Source: a virus (lineage: Duplodnaviria > Caudoviricetes). From it: a DNA stretch of 64,000 nt. The translations under genes were made by a program, and so were the position numbers. The notes beneath the pieces were generated by a model. It was not told the origin of the DNA. It worked only from the letters and a program-made list of their open reading frames with translations, and did no database searches. Below, piece by piece: positions 1 through 10,579 of this stretch. Position 1 is the first letter of the stretch, and each line of letters starts with the position of its first letter. The DNA is taken from IMG/VR virus record IMGVR_UViG_3300042397_003635; one strand, 5' to 3'.

Positions 1-972
1 GCACGCAAAGTAGATGAAAACCTCTACAATCCTGGACCAGATCAAGCTCAAAATGGAGTTTATCGTTCAGTAATCAGATTTATTCCTTGGATCGGGGATC
101 CAGCTAAGAGTAAGTACAAAAAGTACTATGCTCGAATGACAAACCCTTTGACTGGTGAAAGATTTACAATCGATTGCCCTTCTTCATTAGGAAAATCTTC
201 AATCTTATGGACTCTTGATCTAGAGCTTCGTAAATTAGCAAACGAAGAACCAGAAATTGTAAAAGAGATTCAAAAGAATTTCATGAGAGCTTACAATTAT
301 TACTCTCTTGTTTACATTAAGAAAGACCCTCAGTTTCCACAGCTTGAAGGAAAAATTAAAGTGTATAGCTTTGGCTACAACATTGATAATTTGATCCAGC
401 AAGAATTGAGTCCAGAAGCAGAATTGATGAACATCAAGAAAATCAATCCTTACTCAATGTTGGAAGGAAAGGACATGGTACTTGTAGTAAAACGTAAAAC
501 TAAGAGCTGGAGAGATTATTCTTCTTCTAAATTTATGTCAGAAACAAGTCCACTAATCCTAAAATTAGATGACGGTCGTGAACTTCCAGTAAATGGAGAA
601 GAAAAAGTTCAAACCTATGTAAAAGGATTCTTGGAGAAAAATTCTCCAGATCTAGGTCAATACTTCTACAAAGAATGGTCTGACTCAGATTATGAAAAGG
701 TTGCAGAATTTATTAAAGCAATTATTCCTCACAAATCTATTCTTGATGCAGTATTAGCAAACACAAGAGATGAGAAAATCAAACCTTACTTCTCTGCAAT
801 TAAGTCTGCTCAACCAGTAAACCGAGTAGTAGCAGACGATTTAGATTTTGCTACACCATCTAAACCAATTTCAACTAATGCATTTGATGATTTCGATTCA
901 GCTCCAGCACCAGCTGCTCCAGCTAAGTCTACACCATCTAATGATTTTGATGACTTATTGGCAGATCTTTAA
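1..972 (+). CDS. gp32: Single-stranded DNA-binding protein (T4 gp32-like), 5'-truncated by window edge
   Basis: Frame 1 is open from base 1 (ARKVDENLYNPGPDQAQNGVYRSVIRFIPW...). YRSVIRFIP resembles the gp32 'AVIRFLP' motif; acidic C-tail DFDDLLADL. Confidence 0.85.
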   Translation, partial: ARKVDENLYNPGPDQAQNGVYRSVIRFIPWIGDPAKSKYKKYYARMTNPLTGERFTIDCPSSLGKSSILWTLDLELRKLANEEPEIVKEIQKNFMRAYNYYSLVYIKKDPQFPQLEGKIKVYSFGYNIDNLIQQELSPEAELMNIKKINPYSMLEGKDMVLVVKRKTKSWRDYSSSKFMSETSPLILKLDDGRELPVNGEEKVQTYVKGFLEKNSPDLGQYFYKEWSDSDYEKVAEFIKAIIPHKSILDAVLANTRDEKIKPYFSAIKSAQPVNRVVADDLDFATPSKPISTNAFDDFDSAPAPAAPAKSTPSNDFDDLLADL

Positions 973-993
973 TCTTTAAAATAATTTAAATAC

Positions 994-1308
994 ATGTCAC
1001 AAGAACAAGTAAATGCTGAGGCAACTCCTCAACCAGAATTACAGAAGACATATTTGTTATCTACCATTTCTTACACAGATAAGGCAGACTACGATAAGTT
1101 TTTAGAAAATTTGTCTCCTGAACATGCACTAATAGTGTTAATTTCAGCAGCAAATCATGGACAACTTAAAGGAGCATATAATTTGGATGAAGCTGAACTT
1201 ATTGCAAAAGCAATTCGTAAAATTACTCCATCTGCTGCTCAAGAAGAACAACCCGCAGAAGAGGAAGCTCCTAAGAAAGCAAAAACTACTGCTAAAAAAG
1301 CTAAATAA
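994..1308 (+). CDS. Hypothetical protein (104 aa, Lys-rich C-tail)
   Basis: ORF packed between ssb and rnh; stop overlaps the next start (TAATG). Confidence 0.7.
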   Translation: MSQEQVNAEATPQPELQKTYLLSTISYTDKADYDKFLENLSPEHALIVLISAANHGQLKGAYNLDEAELIAKAIRKITPSAAQEEQPAEEEAPKKAKTTAKKAK

Positions 1309-2420
1309 TGAATATAGTAATTGATGGAAATGCTTTTCTTAACGTATCCGCTTCTATTGTCAAAAATATGTTACATAATGACAAAAGAATTGGCGAAAAG
1401 TACTTTGTCAATGATCTATTGGATGACAGCAAGTTTATGCTTAAACAGCAAGCTGCTGTAACATTTAGAAATTTTGTTATCAACTACTTCAGCTCCATTG
1501 TTTCTCCATTTAAGGGAAGCGCTGGAGCTGTTTTTTTCGTTTTTGACTCAAAAAGCTGGAGAAAAGAATATATTAAACAATTCTTTGCAACAGAAGAAGA
1601 CAGAAAAGACGACCAATTTGAATATAAAGGCAATCGAAAATACGATGATAAAATATATCTTTTCTTTGAATTATTTCAAAATGAGATATTATCAGACTTA
1701 AAGGAAATGGGAGCAGTATCTTCCAGAATACTTGGAGCTGAGGGCGACGACTTAATCGCGCATATCGTTGATAATTTTGAAGGAGATATTTGTATTTGGT
1801 CAGTAGATAAGGATTTAATTCAATTGTTAGAAAGTGGCAAACGCTCAGTTATATTAGTTACACCAAAAATGATGACTAAAAATAAAAGAGTATTTGTTGC
1901 ACATAAAAAACAAGAAGAAGCCTCAATTGATATTTTTAATTTTGAATCAGCTGTTGATAATTCTAATATTGATGAACTTCTTAGAGAATTTACTCAAAGA
2001 GATTTTGTTAAATATGAAGTAGACCCAGCCGAAGAGCTTATGTTAAAGATATTAGGTGGAGATCCATCTGATGCAATTCCTAGAGTCCATCCAAAGATGA
2101 CAAAGTCTAAGATTGAAGCAGTAATTTCTAAACTTAAAGAAAATGAAGGAGACTGGTCAATCCTTGTACATAAACTAAGAACCAATGATCCTTATGTAAA
2201 GGATATGATTGTTGAAGCTAGTACAAAAGAGCTTAAATTAACTACCCAAGAGCTACAGGATCAATTCAGAAAGACCTTGGACTTTAATATTAAGATTATA
2301 TGTCTTTCAATAGATCATGTCCCTGCGAAGCTCTCTGGCTCAATACGAGAGTCGTTTGACTTTACCTCTATAAAGAGATTTGACATTAACTCATTTAAAA
2401 AATATCATTCTACAAAATGA
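1308..2420 (+). CDS. rnh: 5'-3' exonuclease / T4 RNase H (FEN1-like)
   Basis: Motifs IVIDGN, VFDSKSWRK, EGDDLIA, SVDKDLIQL, ILGGDPSDAIP. Confidence 0.87.
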   Translation: MNIVIDGNAFLNVSASIVKNMLHNDKRIGEKYFVNDLLDDSKFMLKQQAAVTFRNFVINYFSSIVSPFKGSAGAVFFVFDSKSWRKEYIKQFFATEEDRKDDQFEYKGNRKYDDKIYLFFELFQNEILSDLKEMGAVSSRILGAEGDDLIAHIVDNFEGDICIWSVDKDLIQLLESGKRSVILVTPKMMTKNKRVFVAHKKQEEASIDIFNFESAVDNSNIDELLREFTQRDFVKYEVDPAEELMLKILGGDPSDAIPRVHPKMTKSKIEAVISKLKENEGDWSILVHKLRTNDPYVKDMIVEASTKELKLTTQELQDQFRKTLDFNIKIICLSIDHVPAKLSGSIRESFDFTSIKRFDINSFKKYHSTK

Positions 2421-2731
2421 ATTCACCAATAATCCCAATTTACGATCGAGTGGTTCTTCAACCAGACGAGCAAAATAAAAAAACTGAAACAGGTATTATT
2501 CTTCCACCTGACACCAGAAAGCGCTCAAATAGCGGAACTGTTATTGCAGTCGGTAATGGTTTAGAGCGACCTATTCCATTGGAACCAGGAGATAGAGTAA
2601 TCTATCAGCGCCATGCAGGTTTAGATATGCAATGGAATGGCGAAAACTATCTAGTAGTTCTTGCCCATGAAATTGTTGCTAAAATTGTAGCAGACTCTGT
2701 TCCAACCTTTGTTGAACCAGGCGAAAGATAA
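2417..2731 (+). CDS. groES: Co-chaperonin GroES (Cpn10)
   Basis: PIYDRVVL, KTETGIILP mobile loop, GTVIAVGNG, GDRVIY. Confidence 0.92.
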   Translation: MNSPIIPIYDRVVLQPDEQNKKTETGIILPPDTRKRSNSGTVIAVGNGLERPIPLEPGDRVIYQRHAGLDMQWNGENYLVVLAHEIVAKIVADSVPTFVEPGER

Positions 2732-2747
2732 TCTGATTTAACTTCAT

Positions 2748-2773
2748 AAAAAAAGCCGCATTAAGCGGCTTTT
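2748..2773. terminator. Bidirectional intrinsic terminator between convergent groES and sheath genes
   Basis: AAAAGCCGC-ATTAA-GCGGCTTTT perfect inverted repeat flanked by A/T runs. Confidence 0.85.
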
Positions 2774-2796
2774 CTTGTTTATTGAGAGTCTTCTTA

Positions 2797-5700
2797 TTAG
2801 AAAGAAGGAATAAATCCAGTAGCTTGAGAAGAAAGACCTCCACCAACTTTTGTAATTGTAATACGGTTGATGAATTTGTGAATACCTCTTGGGAAATCTA
2901 AGAATACGTCAATTATTGCTGTATTTGCAGATAATACCTCTGGGCCATTATTTGTTGTATCAAATACCACAGTGTATGTTGCAATACCTTGTGCATTCTT
3001 CGCTCTCTCCAAATATCCTTCAACTAGAGTTTTAATTCTTAGGCGAGTAATCTCATCATTAAAATCAAATAGGAAGTTGAATAGGATTCTTTCGATATCT
3101 TTTTCAATTGTTGCAAGAGCTTCTCTAACGTGAATGTTGTTAAGAGCTGAATTAATTTTTTGATATGCAGTATTGTTTGTGAATACCATAATACCAAAAC
3201 CTCTTCTTCTAACAATCATATTAAAACCAGCTGGTTCTAGATAGTCTCTGTCTTCTTGTGATAATTCATATTCAACATTAACTACATCAGAATCTCCGAT
3301 TATACCGTGTTTACCTGCTACAATTGAGAAAGGTCTGCCGGATTCATACTTATTCATAAATGCATTTGCAACATACGCTGCAGGTGGAACTGATTTATTT
3401 CTTCCATTGTCATTTACAATTAAGTTAGGCATAAAGTATGCAGCATAAGATCCCATTGGAACTCCATTAACTTCTTCATCTACAAATCTAAATGTTGTAG
3501 TTGGATTAAGATCCAAATTACCACCATCTGCGATATGTTTAGCAGAAACTAATTTTGTAGTTACATCAGCAAATGAAGGTTCAGTTGATAATTCAAGTTG
3601 TCTAATTGATGGAGAGTTTAGGATAGCTAAACACTGTCCGTTATCTGCTGCAATTTTTGCTAAATAATATTTAGAAGAACCTGAAATATCTCCTTCAAAT
3701 GTATCAATAATGTATCTAAAATCTACGATTTCGCCTTCAGCTAACGTCTTAGCGATATTTGTATTTTCATACAACCATCCTAAAATATCAGATTGACGGG
3801 CAGATGTTCCATTAGGAAGTTGAGCATCTCTCATTGTAAATCCTCCTAGTTTTACACCTTTTGCTGCAGTAATATAATTTCTAATACCTTTATGGAAAAT
3901 TATATTTGAATCAATATCAATACCAATAATTGTTGAATCACTAGGTACTAACGTTGTAACTACAAAGTTCTTATAGGTTTTTACAGTAGTTGTTGTGTAA
4001 CCAGGAACTAAAGCTTTTGTAAACGTGTAAGTTCCACCGCTAACTCCGGTAGTTGGAGTAGATAGAGTTAATACTAAACCTACTTTATTTGTTACCGTAG
4101 TATTTGGTGCAATACCTGTACCAGATACAGCACATCCAATTACAATATTTGCATTTGCTGCGCTTAGCGTAATGTCAGTTGCTGCTGCGATAAATGCATC
4201 TACTGCGATTCCACTTTCATTAACTGCAGGCACGGCTGGCGTAGGTACTGAACTGTTTGAAATAATATCAGTTCCAGCAACTGAAACAATTTTTAAGAAT
4301 CTTGAACGACCTGCTCCATTTGCTTTAGCTTTAACATAATAGTTAGGCTTTACAAATTCTGTAACTTCTGCTAAATAAGAAGCATTGCTTGCTGTTACTA
4401 CAGGAGAAGCATTTCCTACCGTTACTGAAGTTGAACTAAGAACTTTCATCTCAATTTTATTAAGAGAAAGCTTAGTTGTTGTAATTTCAGCAACGTTATT
4501 ATTTGCAGCAAGTTCAGCAGCAAAATCAAATACTTTCGTAGTTGAGTTTGTTCCGTGAATGTCTAACGAAAGTTTAACAAAAGTATCAACTACTGTAATT
4601 ACTGGAATAGTTGCGCTCTGGTTAGTTAAAGTAATGTTATCGAAACACTTAATTTTAATATAGTTTTTGGTAACTAAGTTAACTACTTCAGTAAATCCTG
4701 ATTCAACTTTAACATATTTAGATGCAGTCGTTCCATTTTGAGTAGTAATAAAACCATTACCTGTTACAATAAATCCGTCATACCATGCTTTATAAAGTTG
4801 AGTACCTTCACGAGCAATAATAATTTGATTACCATTCTCAGTTACAACTCTACATGAATCAGAAATTCCAGTTGTAACTTCAAATACTGCAGTATTTTTA
4901 ACAGGAGCTTTATAACCAAGTACATCTAATTTAGCATTAGCATCGGTGTAATCTCCAGTGAAACCGTTATCGATAAAGTAATCTTGGAAATCTGCTGCAA
5001 TAAGGTCCATGTAACCATGTCCAGCTAAATCGATTCTGTGAGAATCCATAGAAGCATTTGCAAATGCAGTTTCAAGATCGATTAATTCGATTTTATTTTC
5101 ATCTAATGCGCAAAATAATTCGGTTTGAGAGAATAGTCTATTGAATACTCTATCAATTGAAATATCTGCACCAGATGCGTCTTTAAATTGAGGAATTAGT
5201 GAACCGTTTACTCTTGCGATATTCTTAACTTCTCTTAAGTTTAAGAATCCGTTAATCTTAGACATAATAATACCTCTTTCATTGAAGTATGATTTGTAAA
5301 CAGGGTCGTTTGCAAGTCTTGCATTATCTGTCCAATCACCTTCTACGGCGATTAATTCGATGATATAGTCAGCAACAATATCATCTGGGTGAAGATATGT
5401 CGGAATAGTTACTTTATCACCACCGGTAACTTTGTAATATTCCTTAATTGTTACATCGTATCCAGCAACATCAGCTAGTTTTGCCCAAACAGTAACTGGG
5501 CGCTTTCCTAGGTTAACAATAGAAAAAATCTTATTGTCATCTTCTGAGCTCAACGCGTTATTTTTAGTTCTGTTGAACTGGTCTTCGTCAGCATACCATA
5601 ATTTCTGTGTGTTAAAGAAACTAGAAAGTGGTTGCTCGAATGCAGATGCAGTAAAGTCTGAATTAAATGATCCAGATTCAGTGTTGAATGTTGCAAATGT

Positions 5701-6009
5701 TACTTTGTCTAATGTATCGTCAGTTGGCAATACGTTCAAAGCATAAACTGGGCCTTTTCTTAGCGCTACTTCTAGTGTTCTATGGAAATAACTGCCCTTG
5801 CTTTCAAGTTTAGTGTCTCTTTCACCATAAACTGCTAGCGCACTGTTTAAGTCGCTTAAAGCCACAACTGTATTGATTGGTCCTCTTTTGCTAGATCCGA
5901 TAACTAATCGGCCAGTTCCTAGAGGTAATGCAATGTTTTGGCTCTCATCGATTTCGACTGTGTAGACGCCACTTGATTTAAAGCGATTGAGATTTAATTT
6001 TTGTGCCAT
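2797..6009 (-). CDS. gp18: Tail sheath protein (gp18-like) with large central insertion
   Basis: N-term SSGVYTVEIDES and GSSKRGPIN; C-term PPAAYVA, GFNMIVRRRGFG, NNIHVREALATIEKDI, FLFDFNDEITR. 1070 aa versus about 660 aa for T4 gp18. Confidence 0.92.
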   Translation of the reverse strand: MAQKLNLNRFKSSGVYTVEIDESQNIALPLGTGRLVIGSSKRGPINTVVALSDLNSALAVYGERDTKLESKGSYFHRTLEVALRKGPVYALNVLPTDDTLDKVTFATFNTESGSFNSDFTASAFEQPLSSFFNTQKLWYADEDQFNRTKNNALSSEDDNKIFSIVNLGKRPVTVWAKLADVAGYDVTIKEYYKVTGGDKVTIPTYLHPDDIVADYIIELIAVEGDWTDNARLANDPVYKSYFNERGIIMSKINGFLNLREVKNIARVNGSLIPQFKDASGADISIDRVFNRLFSQTELFCALDENKIELIDLETAFANASMDSHRIDLAGHGYMDLIAADFQDYFIDNGFTGDYTDANAKLDVLGYKAPVKNTAVFEVTTGISDSCRVVTENGNQIIIAREGTQLYKAWYDGFIVTGNGFITTQNGTTASKYVKVESGFTEVVNLVTKNYIKIKCFDNITLTNQSATIPVITVVDTFVKLSLDIHGTNSTTKVFDFAAELAANNNVAEITTTKLSLNKIEMKVLSSTSVTVGNASPVVTASNASYLAEVTEFVKPNYYVKAKANGAGRSRFLKIVSVAGTDIISNSSVPTPAVPAVNESGIAVDAFIAAATDITLSAANANIVIGCAVSGTGIAPNTTVTNKVGLVLTLSTPTTGVSGGTYTFTKALVPGYTTTTVKTYKNFVVTTLVPSDSTIIGIDIDSNIIFHKGIRNYITAAKGVKLGGFTMRDAQLPNGTSARQSDILGWLYENTNIAKTLAEGEIVDFRYIIDTFEGDISGSSKYYLAKIAADNGQCLAILNSPSIRQLELSTEPSFADVTTKLVSAKHIADGGNLDLNPTTTFRFVDEEVNGVPMGSYAAYFMPNLIVNDNGRNKSVPPAAYVANAFMNKYESGRPFSIVAGKHGIIGDSDVVNVEYELSQEDRDYLEPAGFNMIVRRRGFGIMVFTNNTAYQKINSALNNIHVREALATIEKDIERILFNFLFDFNDEITRLRIKTLVEGYLERAKNAQGIATYTVVFDTTNNGPEVLSANTAIIDVFLDFPRGIHKFINRITITKVGGGLSSQATGFIPSF

Positions 6010-6031
6010 TTCGGTCCTACTATTTTTAAGT

Positions 6032-6038
6032 TATTTAT
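6032..6038 (-). promoter_or_regulatory. Putative late promoter (ATAAATA, T4 TATAAATA-like) for sheath gene
   Basis: TAAATAAATAAC about 23 nt upstream of the start; the motif recurs upstream of many virion genes. Confidence 0.65.
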
Positions 6039-6157
6039 TTAACTTAGGACTCATGATTTTGGTCTAGATTGTCCTTTGCTATCATTATTTATCATCGTAA
6101 AGATCTTAGTATATCTAAGACAGTATAAGAAATTACTAAAAACCCAATTACTCACAA

Positions 6158-6646
6158 ATGAATGCAATGAAAAGAACTCCAAAACCTCTATCTAGAGGAG
6201 AATTAATTAGATTTATTAAGATTGGTGACGTAAAAACTCCCGAATATGGAACTCCAGGGTCGGCTGGTATCGACTTTTTTGTTCCAAATGATTTTAAATC
6301 AGTTTTTCTTGAGCCAGGCGAATCAGTTTTAATCCCAAGCGGTATTCGTGCAAGGCTTCCTCTACATACAGCCCTAATCGCATTTAATAAAAGCGGAGTT
6401 GCTACAAAAAAGAGACTCCAAGTTGGCGCCCAAGTAGTAGATTGTGATTACCAAGGAGAGATCCACCTCCATCACTATAATTGTGGAACAACCGATCAAT
6501 TAATTTCGCCAGGCGATAAGATAGTTCAGTTTATTTTAACCCCAATTATTAAAGCCAAATTAATTGAATGTCACAGTGAAGAAGAGGTATTTCCAACTCA
6601 GTCAGAAAGAGGTTCTGGCGGATTTGGTTCCACTGGAACAAATTAA
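6158..6646 (+). CDS. dut: Trimeric dUTPase
   Basis: GSAGIDF, KSGVA, VVDCDYQGEI, RGSGGFGSTG motifs. Confidence 0.95.
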   Translation: MNAMKRTPKPLSRGELIRFIKIGDVKTPEYGTPGSAGIDFFVPNDFKSVFLEPGESVLIPSGIRARLPLHTALIAFNKSGVATKKRLQVGAQVVDCDYQGEIHLHHYNCGTTDQLISPGDKIVQFILTPIIKAKLIECHSEEEVFPTQSERGSGGFGSTGTN

Positions 6647-6675
6647 TTGGTATATTAACCCAAAGTAAGATAAAA

Positions 6676-8055
6676 ATGATAATAAGCTCAGAATTTAAGC
6701 AAGACGATTCTAAACTAGTAGTTTCATATTATGATGATGCAGGTAATGTTGCATATGCGGTAAAGCATATCCACGATGCGGATCAATTCAATTGGAAATT
6801 GACAGGTCGCCCTTCAGAATATCGAAATTGGGATAATAAATTTGTTGACAAAAGTAAAAGTAAATGGCTTAGCCGATTCAGAATCGAAGAGCTTATTCAA
6901 ACCCGTTTTTCTGAAGAAGAACTTGCTCAAATCTATTCTGACCATAATCCAAAGAAATACTTTCTCGATATTGAGATTCAGTTAACTTCAAACGAGTTCC
7001 CTGATCCAGCTAAAGCTGCCATGCCAGTTAACCTAATTTCATTTTGTGGTCCAGATAATGTGACGTATATTCTATCAACCATGAAAAAACTTGATAATGA
7101 AGCCATTTCTAAAATGGAATCAGAAATCAATGAATATTTAAGTGCTCAAGGCCAGGTCTTTACTATTAAATATATGTTCTTTGAGAAAGAAGAAGACTTA
7201 ATGTCAACCTTCTTTCATAGAATTCTTCCTAAACTTCCATTTATTACTGGTTGGAATGTAATTGAGTTTGACTGGAAATATCTAATCAATCGCTGTAAGC
7301 GCCTTAATATTAAACCAATGGAATCTATGGTTTGTGATAAGCTTATTGGTAAAGGTCAATCTCCAGTTCACTTAGGCCTTCTCGATTATCTTGAAGTATT
7401 TATGAACCTTAAACCAATTAAGGTTGTTGAAAACTATAAATTAGATTATATTTCACAATTGGTGCTTGGTGTAAGTAAATTACATCACGATTATGGATCA
7501 ATGATGGAAGCTCAGCAAGATGTTGAAAACTTCGTAAAGTATAACGCGATTGACGTTATGCTAGTTAAACTAATTGAAGACAAATTAAGTCTTCTTGATG
7601 TAGCATTTGCTATTTCTAAAACTGCACAAGTCGATGTATCAAAAGTCTTTAGTGCAGTGTTTATTACAGAATCCCTAATGTGTCGCCACTTTTTACGAGA
7701 TGGCAAGAAAATGGCTTCAGATAAACGCGATCTAGCTGAACAAGTAACGTATGAAGGTGCTTATGTAAGTAAACCTGTTCCAGGTCACCACAAATACGTT
7801 TCATGTTTTGACTTCTCATCAATGTACCCTAACGTACAAATTCAATTTAATATTTCACCAGATACCTATTTAGGTAAAATGAAACCTGGTCATACTCTTA
7901 AAGAGGATGAAATCTATACAAAAAATGGTACTCTTTTTACTAAGAAAAAAGACTCTGCTGCAAGAGTTATTTTAAAGTCGATGTACGATCGACGTATGAG
8001 TATTAAAGGCCACATCACAGAATTAAAACAAGCAGCTAAAAAAGCAGCAAACTAA
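6676..8055 (+). CDS. gp43A: Family-B DNA polymerase, N-terminal subunit (3'-5' exonuclease + motif A + first fingers helix)
   Basis: ExoI LDIE, ExoII GWNVIEFDWKYL, ExoIII YNAIDV, motif A DFSSMYP; ends before motif B. Confidence 0.9.
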   Translation: MIISSEFKQDDSKLVVSYYDDAGNVAYAVKHIHDADQFNWKLTGRPSEYRNWDNKFVDKSKSKWLSRFRIEELIQTRFSEEELAQIYSDHNPKKYFLDIEIQLTSNEFPDPAKAAMPVNLISFCGPDNVTYILSTMKKLDNEAISKMESEINEYLSAQGQVFTIKYMFFEKEEDLMSTFFHRILPKLPFITGWNVIEFDWKYLINRCKRLNIKPMESMVCDKLIGKGQSPVHLGLLDYLEVFMNLKPIKVVENYKLDYISQLVLGVSKLHHDYGSMMEAQQDVENFVKYNAIDVMLVKLIEDKLSLLDVAFAISKTAQVDVSKVFSAVFITESLMCRHFLRDGKKMASDKRDLAEQVTYEGAYVSKPVPGHHKYVSCFDFSSMYPNVQIQFNISPDTYLGKMKPGHTLKEDEIYTKNGTLFTKKKDSAARVILKSMYDRRMSIKGHITELKQAAKKAAN

Positions 8056-8648
8056 TGCTAAAATGGATAAAAAACAAAATAAACAAATATATGTACGATA
8101 TTGATGCACTTGCCCAAACAAGAGATTTTATTATGGGCAAAGATTACCAATGGGTAAACACACCAGACGATACTAAAATTGCAACTGTAACTAGAGTAAT
8201 TGATGTATTTAGTCGAGGCGGTCTAATTGCTGCCAAGTTAGAGGATGGCTCAGTTGTTAGTTTAGATGAATTAAACTCTAGGCTTATGGCAATTATGGAT
8301 GGACAAGAACCTTTAACTAGAGGCGAATGTATGTCTATTAGAGGACCAATTATTGATCCAAATAAGCCTAAAGCTGAACCTGTACAAGAATCAGCGACGC
8401 CTCAAGTCAAGGCAGTGATCCAACCAAATCCAAAGTCAGCTGGCATTTTTGAAATGTTTGCAACCGAGGAGTCTCTTCTAAACTTAAATCTAAGAGTGAA
8501 CTTACCGTCTATTAATCTATTAAAGATGATGTATAAAAGCTCACAGAATAAATCTGAATTTTTAACTGAATTAGCAAACCATATAAATAATCAAATAACA
8601 GCAGACCACATTAAAGATGCTCTGTTGAAAAAACTTGATTCTAAATAG
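8055..8648 (+). CDS. Hypothetical protein (197 aa)
   Basis: ORF translationally coupled to the pol N-subunit (TAATG). Confidence 0.75.
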   Translation: MLKWIKNKINKYMYDIDALAQTRDFIMGKDYQWVNTPDDTKIATVTRVIDVFSRGGLIAAKLEDGSVVSLDELNSRLMAIMDGQEPLTRGECMSIRGPIIDPNKPKAEPVQESATPQVKAVIQPNPKSAGIFEMFATEESLLNLNLRVNLPSINLLKMMYKSSQNKSEFLTELANHINNQITADHIKDALLKKLDSK

Positions 8649-8998
8649 TGGAGCTAATTATTTTACCGATTGAGGTTTCTGACTCAGAAAAATTAAGAGC
8701 AATTTATTGCACGCCAGAAGGCGAACCAATAACAATACAAGTCGATCATGCAAAGGACGCATCAAGCTTTTCCGCAATTAAACGCATGTATCAAGAGCTT
8801 GGGGTAGAAGACTTAGACCAATCTAGAATATTTAAATTAGGAAAAATAGACAAGGATATTTGCTTTGCAGTTAACATTAGTGGATTAAAACCAGAATCAG
8901 AGTTAACCAGAGTTCCTTTTTATAAAATAATGCAGGGTGATTATTCAAACTCAAAATTACTTTCTGCAAGCTTCCTAACTATATCATACTTTGCCTAA
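8648..8998 (+). CDS. Hypothetical protein, possibly degenerate NUDIX fold
   Basis: GTG start overlapping the upstream TAG; SAIKRMYQELGV weakly resembles a Nudix box. Confidence 0.6.
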   Translation: MELIILPIEVSDSEKLRAIYCTPEGEPITIQVDHAKDASSFSAIKRMYQELGVEDLDQSRIFKLGKIDKDICFAVNISGLKPESELTRVPFYKIMQGDYSNSKLLSASFLTISYFA

Positions 8999-9052
8999 GA
9001 TCCTTTATCCCCTGCTGTGTAAAAGAGGGTATAACAAAAGGATTAAATATTT

Positions 9053-10246
9053 ATGGCAAAATCTACATTAGATGCATTCGCAAAGTTTAATGATTTACTT
9101 GAAAAGAAAGTAAAATCTAAAATTGAAATTCGTGGCTTCTCCGATATTGAGGAGTATATTCCAACCGGAAATTATCTACTAAATGCCCAAATGTCGGGCT
9201 CTCTATTTGGTGGATATCCAAACACAAGAAGTATTGGAATCGCTGGAGATTCAGGTGCAGGTAAAACATTCCTATGTTTAAATGCAGTTCGTGAATTACA
9301 GAAAAAAGACTACATGGTATTTTATATTGATACTGAAGGTGCAATCGACTCTTCGGACTATGTAAAATTTGGAGTTGACTTAACTAAACTTAAGTATCTT
9401 CGTATGGGTCTTATTAGCGAAGTAAAATTCTTCGTTAATGACTTAATTGATACAATCAAAGAAAATCCAGGTCTTAAAATTGCTCTATTCGTTGACTCTG
9501 TTGGAATGTTAGATACTGATAAAAGTAAAACTGACATGGACAAGGGTAAAAATGCAGCGGATATGGGTCTTCGTGCAAAGGAGATGCGTTCTCTATTTAA
9601 GTCCCTAACCCTAGACCTTTCTAATCACAAAGTTCCATTTATTTTTACAAACCACACCTATGCCTCAATGGATCAATATACTCCAAAGGGAATGTCAGGC
9701 GGAGGTGGACCAGAGTTTTCTGCTTCAATTATTTTAATGTTGAGCAAAGGAACGCTTCGCGATGAAAACAAAACGACAACTGGTATTATTGTTCGTAGTA
9801 AAACCAAAAAGAATCGTTTGGCTCGTCCTCTTGATATTGAATTCCATATTTCATTCCATAAGGGTATGAATCCATTCGTTGGATTGGAACAATATGTAAG
9901 TTGGGAAACATGTGGAGTAGGTCGTGGAGTTATTGTAACACAAAAGGAATTTGAAAAAATGAAAGCTGACGAGCAGGAAATACTGTCACCATTTGAATTA
10001 AATGGAGAGCAGGTTTATTTCTATCCTAAAAAGCTCGGAAAATCTTATATCGTTCGTCATAACGGTGATGCTGTTCCAGTCAAGGAATTTTTCTCATCAA
10101 GACTATTTACCGATGAGGTCCTAAAACAACTTGATGAAAAAATTATTAAACCAACCTTTAAGTTCCCTGAAACTCAGGATGGAATTGATGATATGGAAAC
10201 AGACGAATTAAACGAAATGACAGAATTTGATGGATCAGAAGATTAA
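9053..10246 (+). CDS. uvsX: RecA-like recombinase UvsX
   Basis: IPTGNYLLN, Walker A GDSGAGKT, YIDTEGA, FVDSVG, FTNHTY, SGGGGPEFSAS. Confidence 0.95.
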   Translation: MAKSTLDAFAKFNDLLEKKVKSKIEIRGFSDIEEYIPTGNYLLNAQMSGSLFGGYPNTRSIGIAGDSGAGKTFLCLNAVRELQKKDYMVFYIDTEGAIDSSDYVKFGVDLTKLKYLRMGLISEVKFFVNDLIDTIKENPGLKIALFVDSVGMLDTDKSKTDMDKGKNAADMGLRAKEMRSLFKSLTLDLSNHKVPFIFTNHTYASMDQYTPKGMSGGGGPEFSASIILMLSKGTLRDENKTTTGIIVRSKTKKNRLARPLDIEFHISFHKGMNPFVGLEQYVSWETCGVGRGVIVTQKEFEKMKADEQEILSPFELNGEQVYFYPKKLGKSYIVRHNGDAVPVKEFFSSRLFTDEVLKQLDEKIIKPTFKFPETQDGIDDMETDELNEMTEFDGSED

Positions 10247-10574
10247 TTATAAGCTTAAGCCAGAGTTACCGATTAAATACGAATTAAATTTGCATAGGGT
10301 TCTTCCGAGCTACCCAACTGAAACTGATTTTGTAGTTGATATTATTCAGTACATAATTAAGGTTTGCGAAATAAAGAATAAAGAATTTAATCCTTCCGAC
10401 TTAAAATTTTCAGCAAAAACTCTTAAATATGTGTTTAATGAAAATGAGGTAACTCCTGGTTTTAAGGATAAACTAAGAATTGTAATAAAAAATTTAATGG
10501 ATGCAGAAACTCTTGTTAAAAAGGGAGAATTTTTGTATATTAATAAAGCAGTATTTAACGAACTGTATAACTAA
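10230..10574 (+). CDS. Hypothetical protein, possible winged-helix C-terminus
   Basis: ORF between uvsX and helicase; KLRIVIKNLMDAETLVKKGEFLYI resembles a wHTH recognition helix and wing. Confidence 0.65.
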   Translation: MDQKINYKLKPELPIKYELNLHRVLPSYPTETDFVVDIIQYIIKVCEIKNKEFNPSDLKFSAKTLKYVFNENEVTPGFKDKLRIVIKNLMDAETLVKKGEFLYINKAVFNELYN

Positions 10575-10579
10575 AAAAT

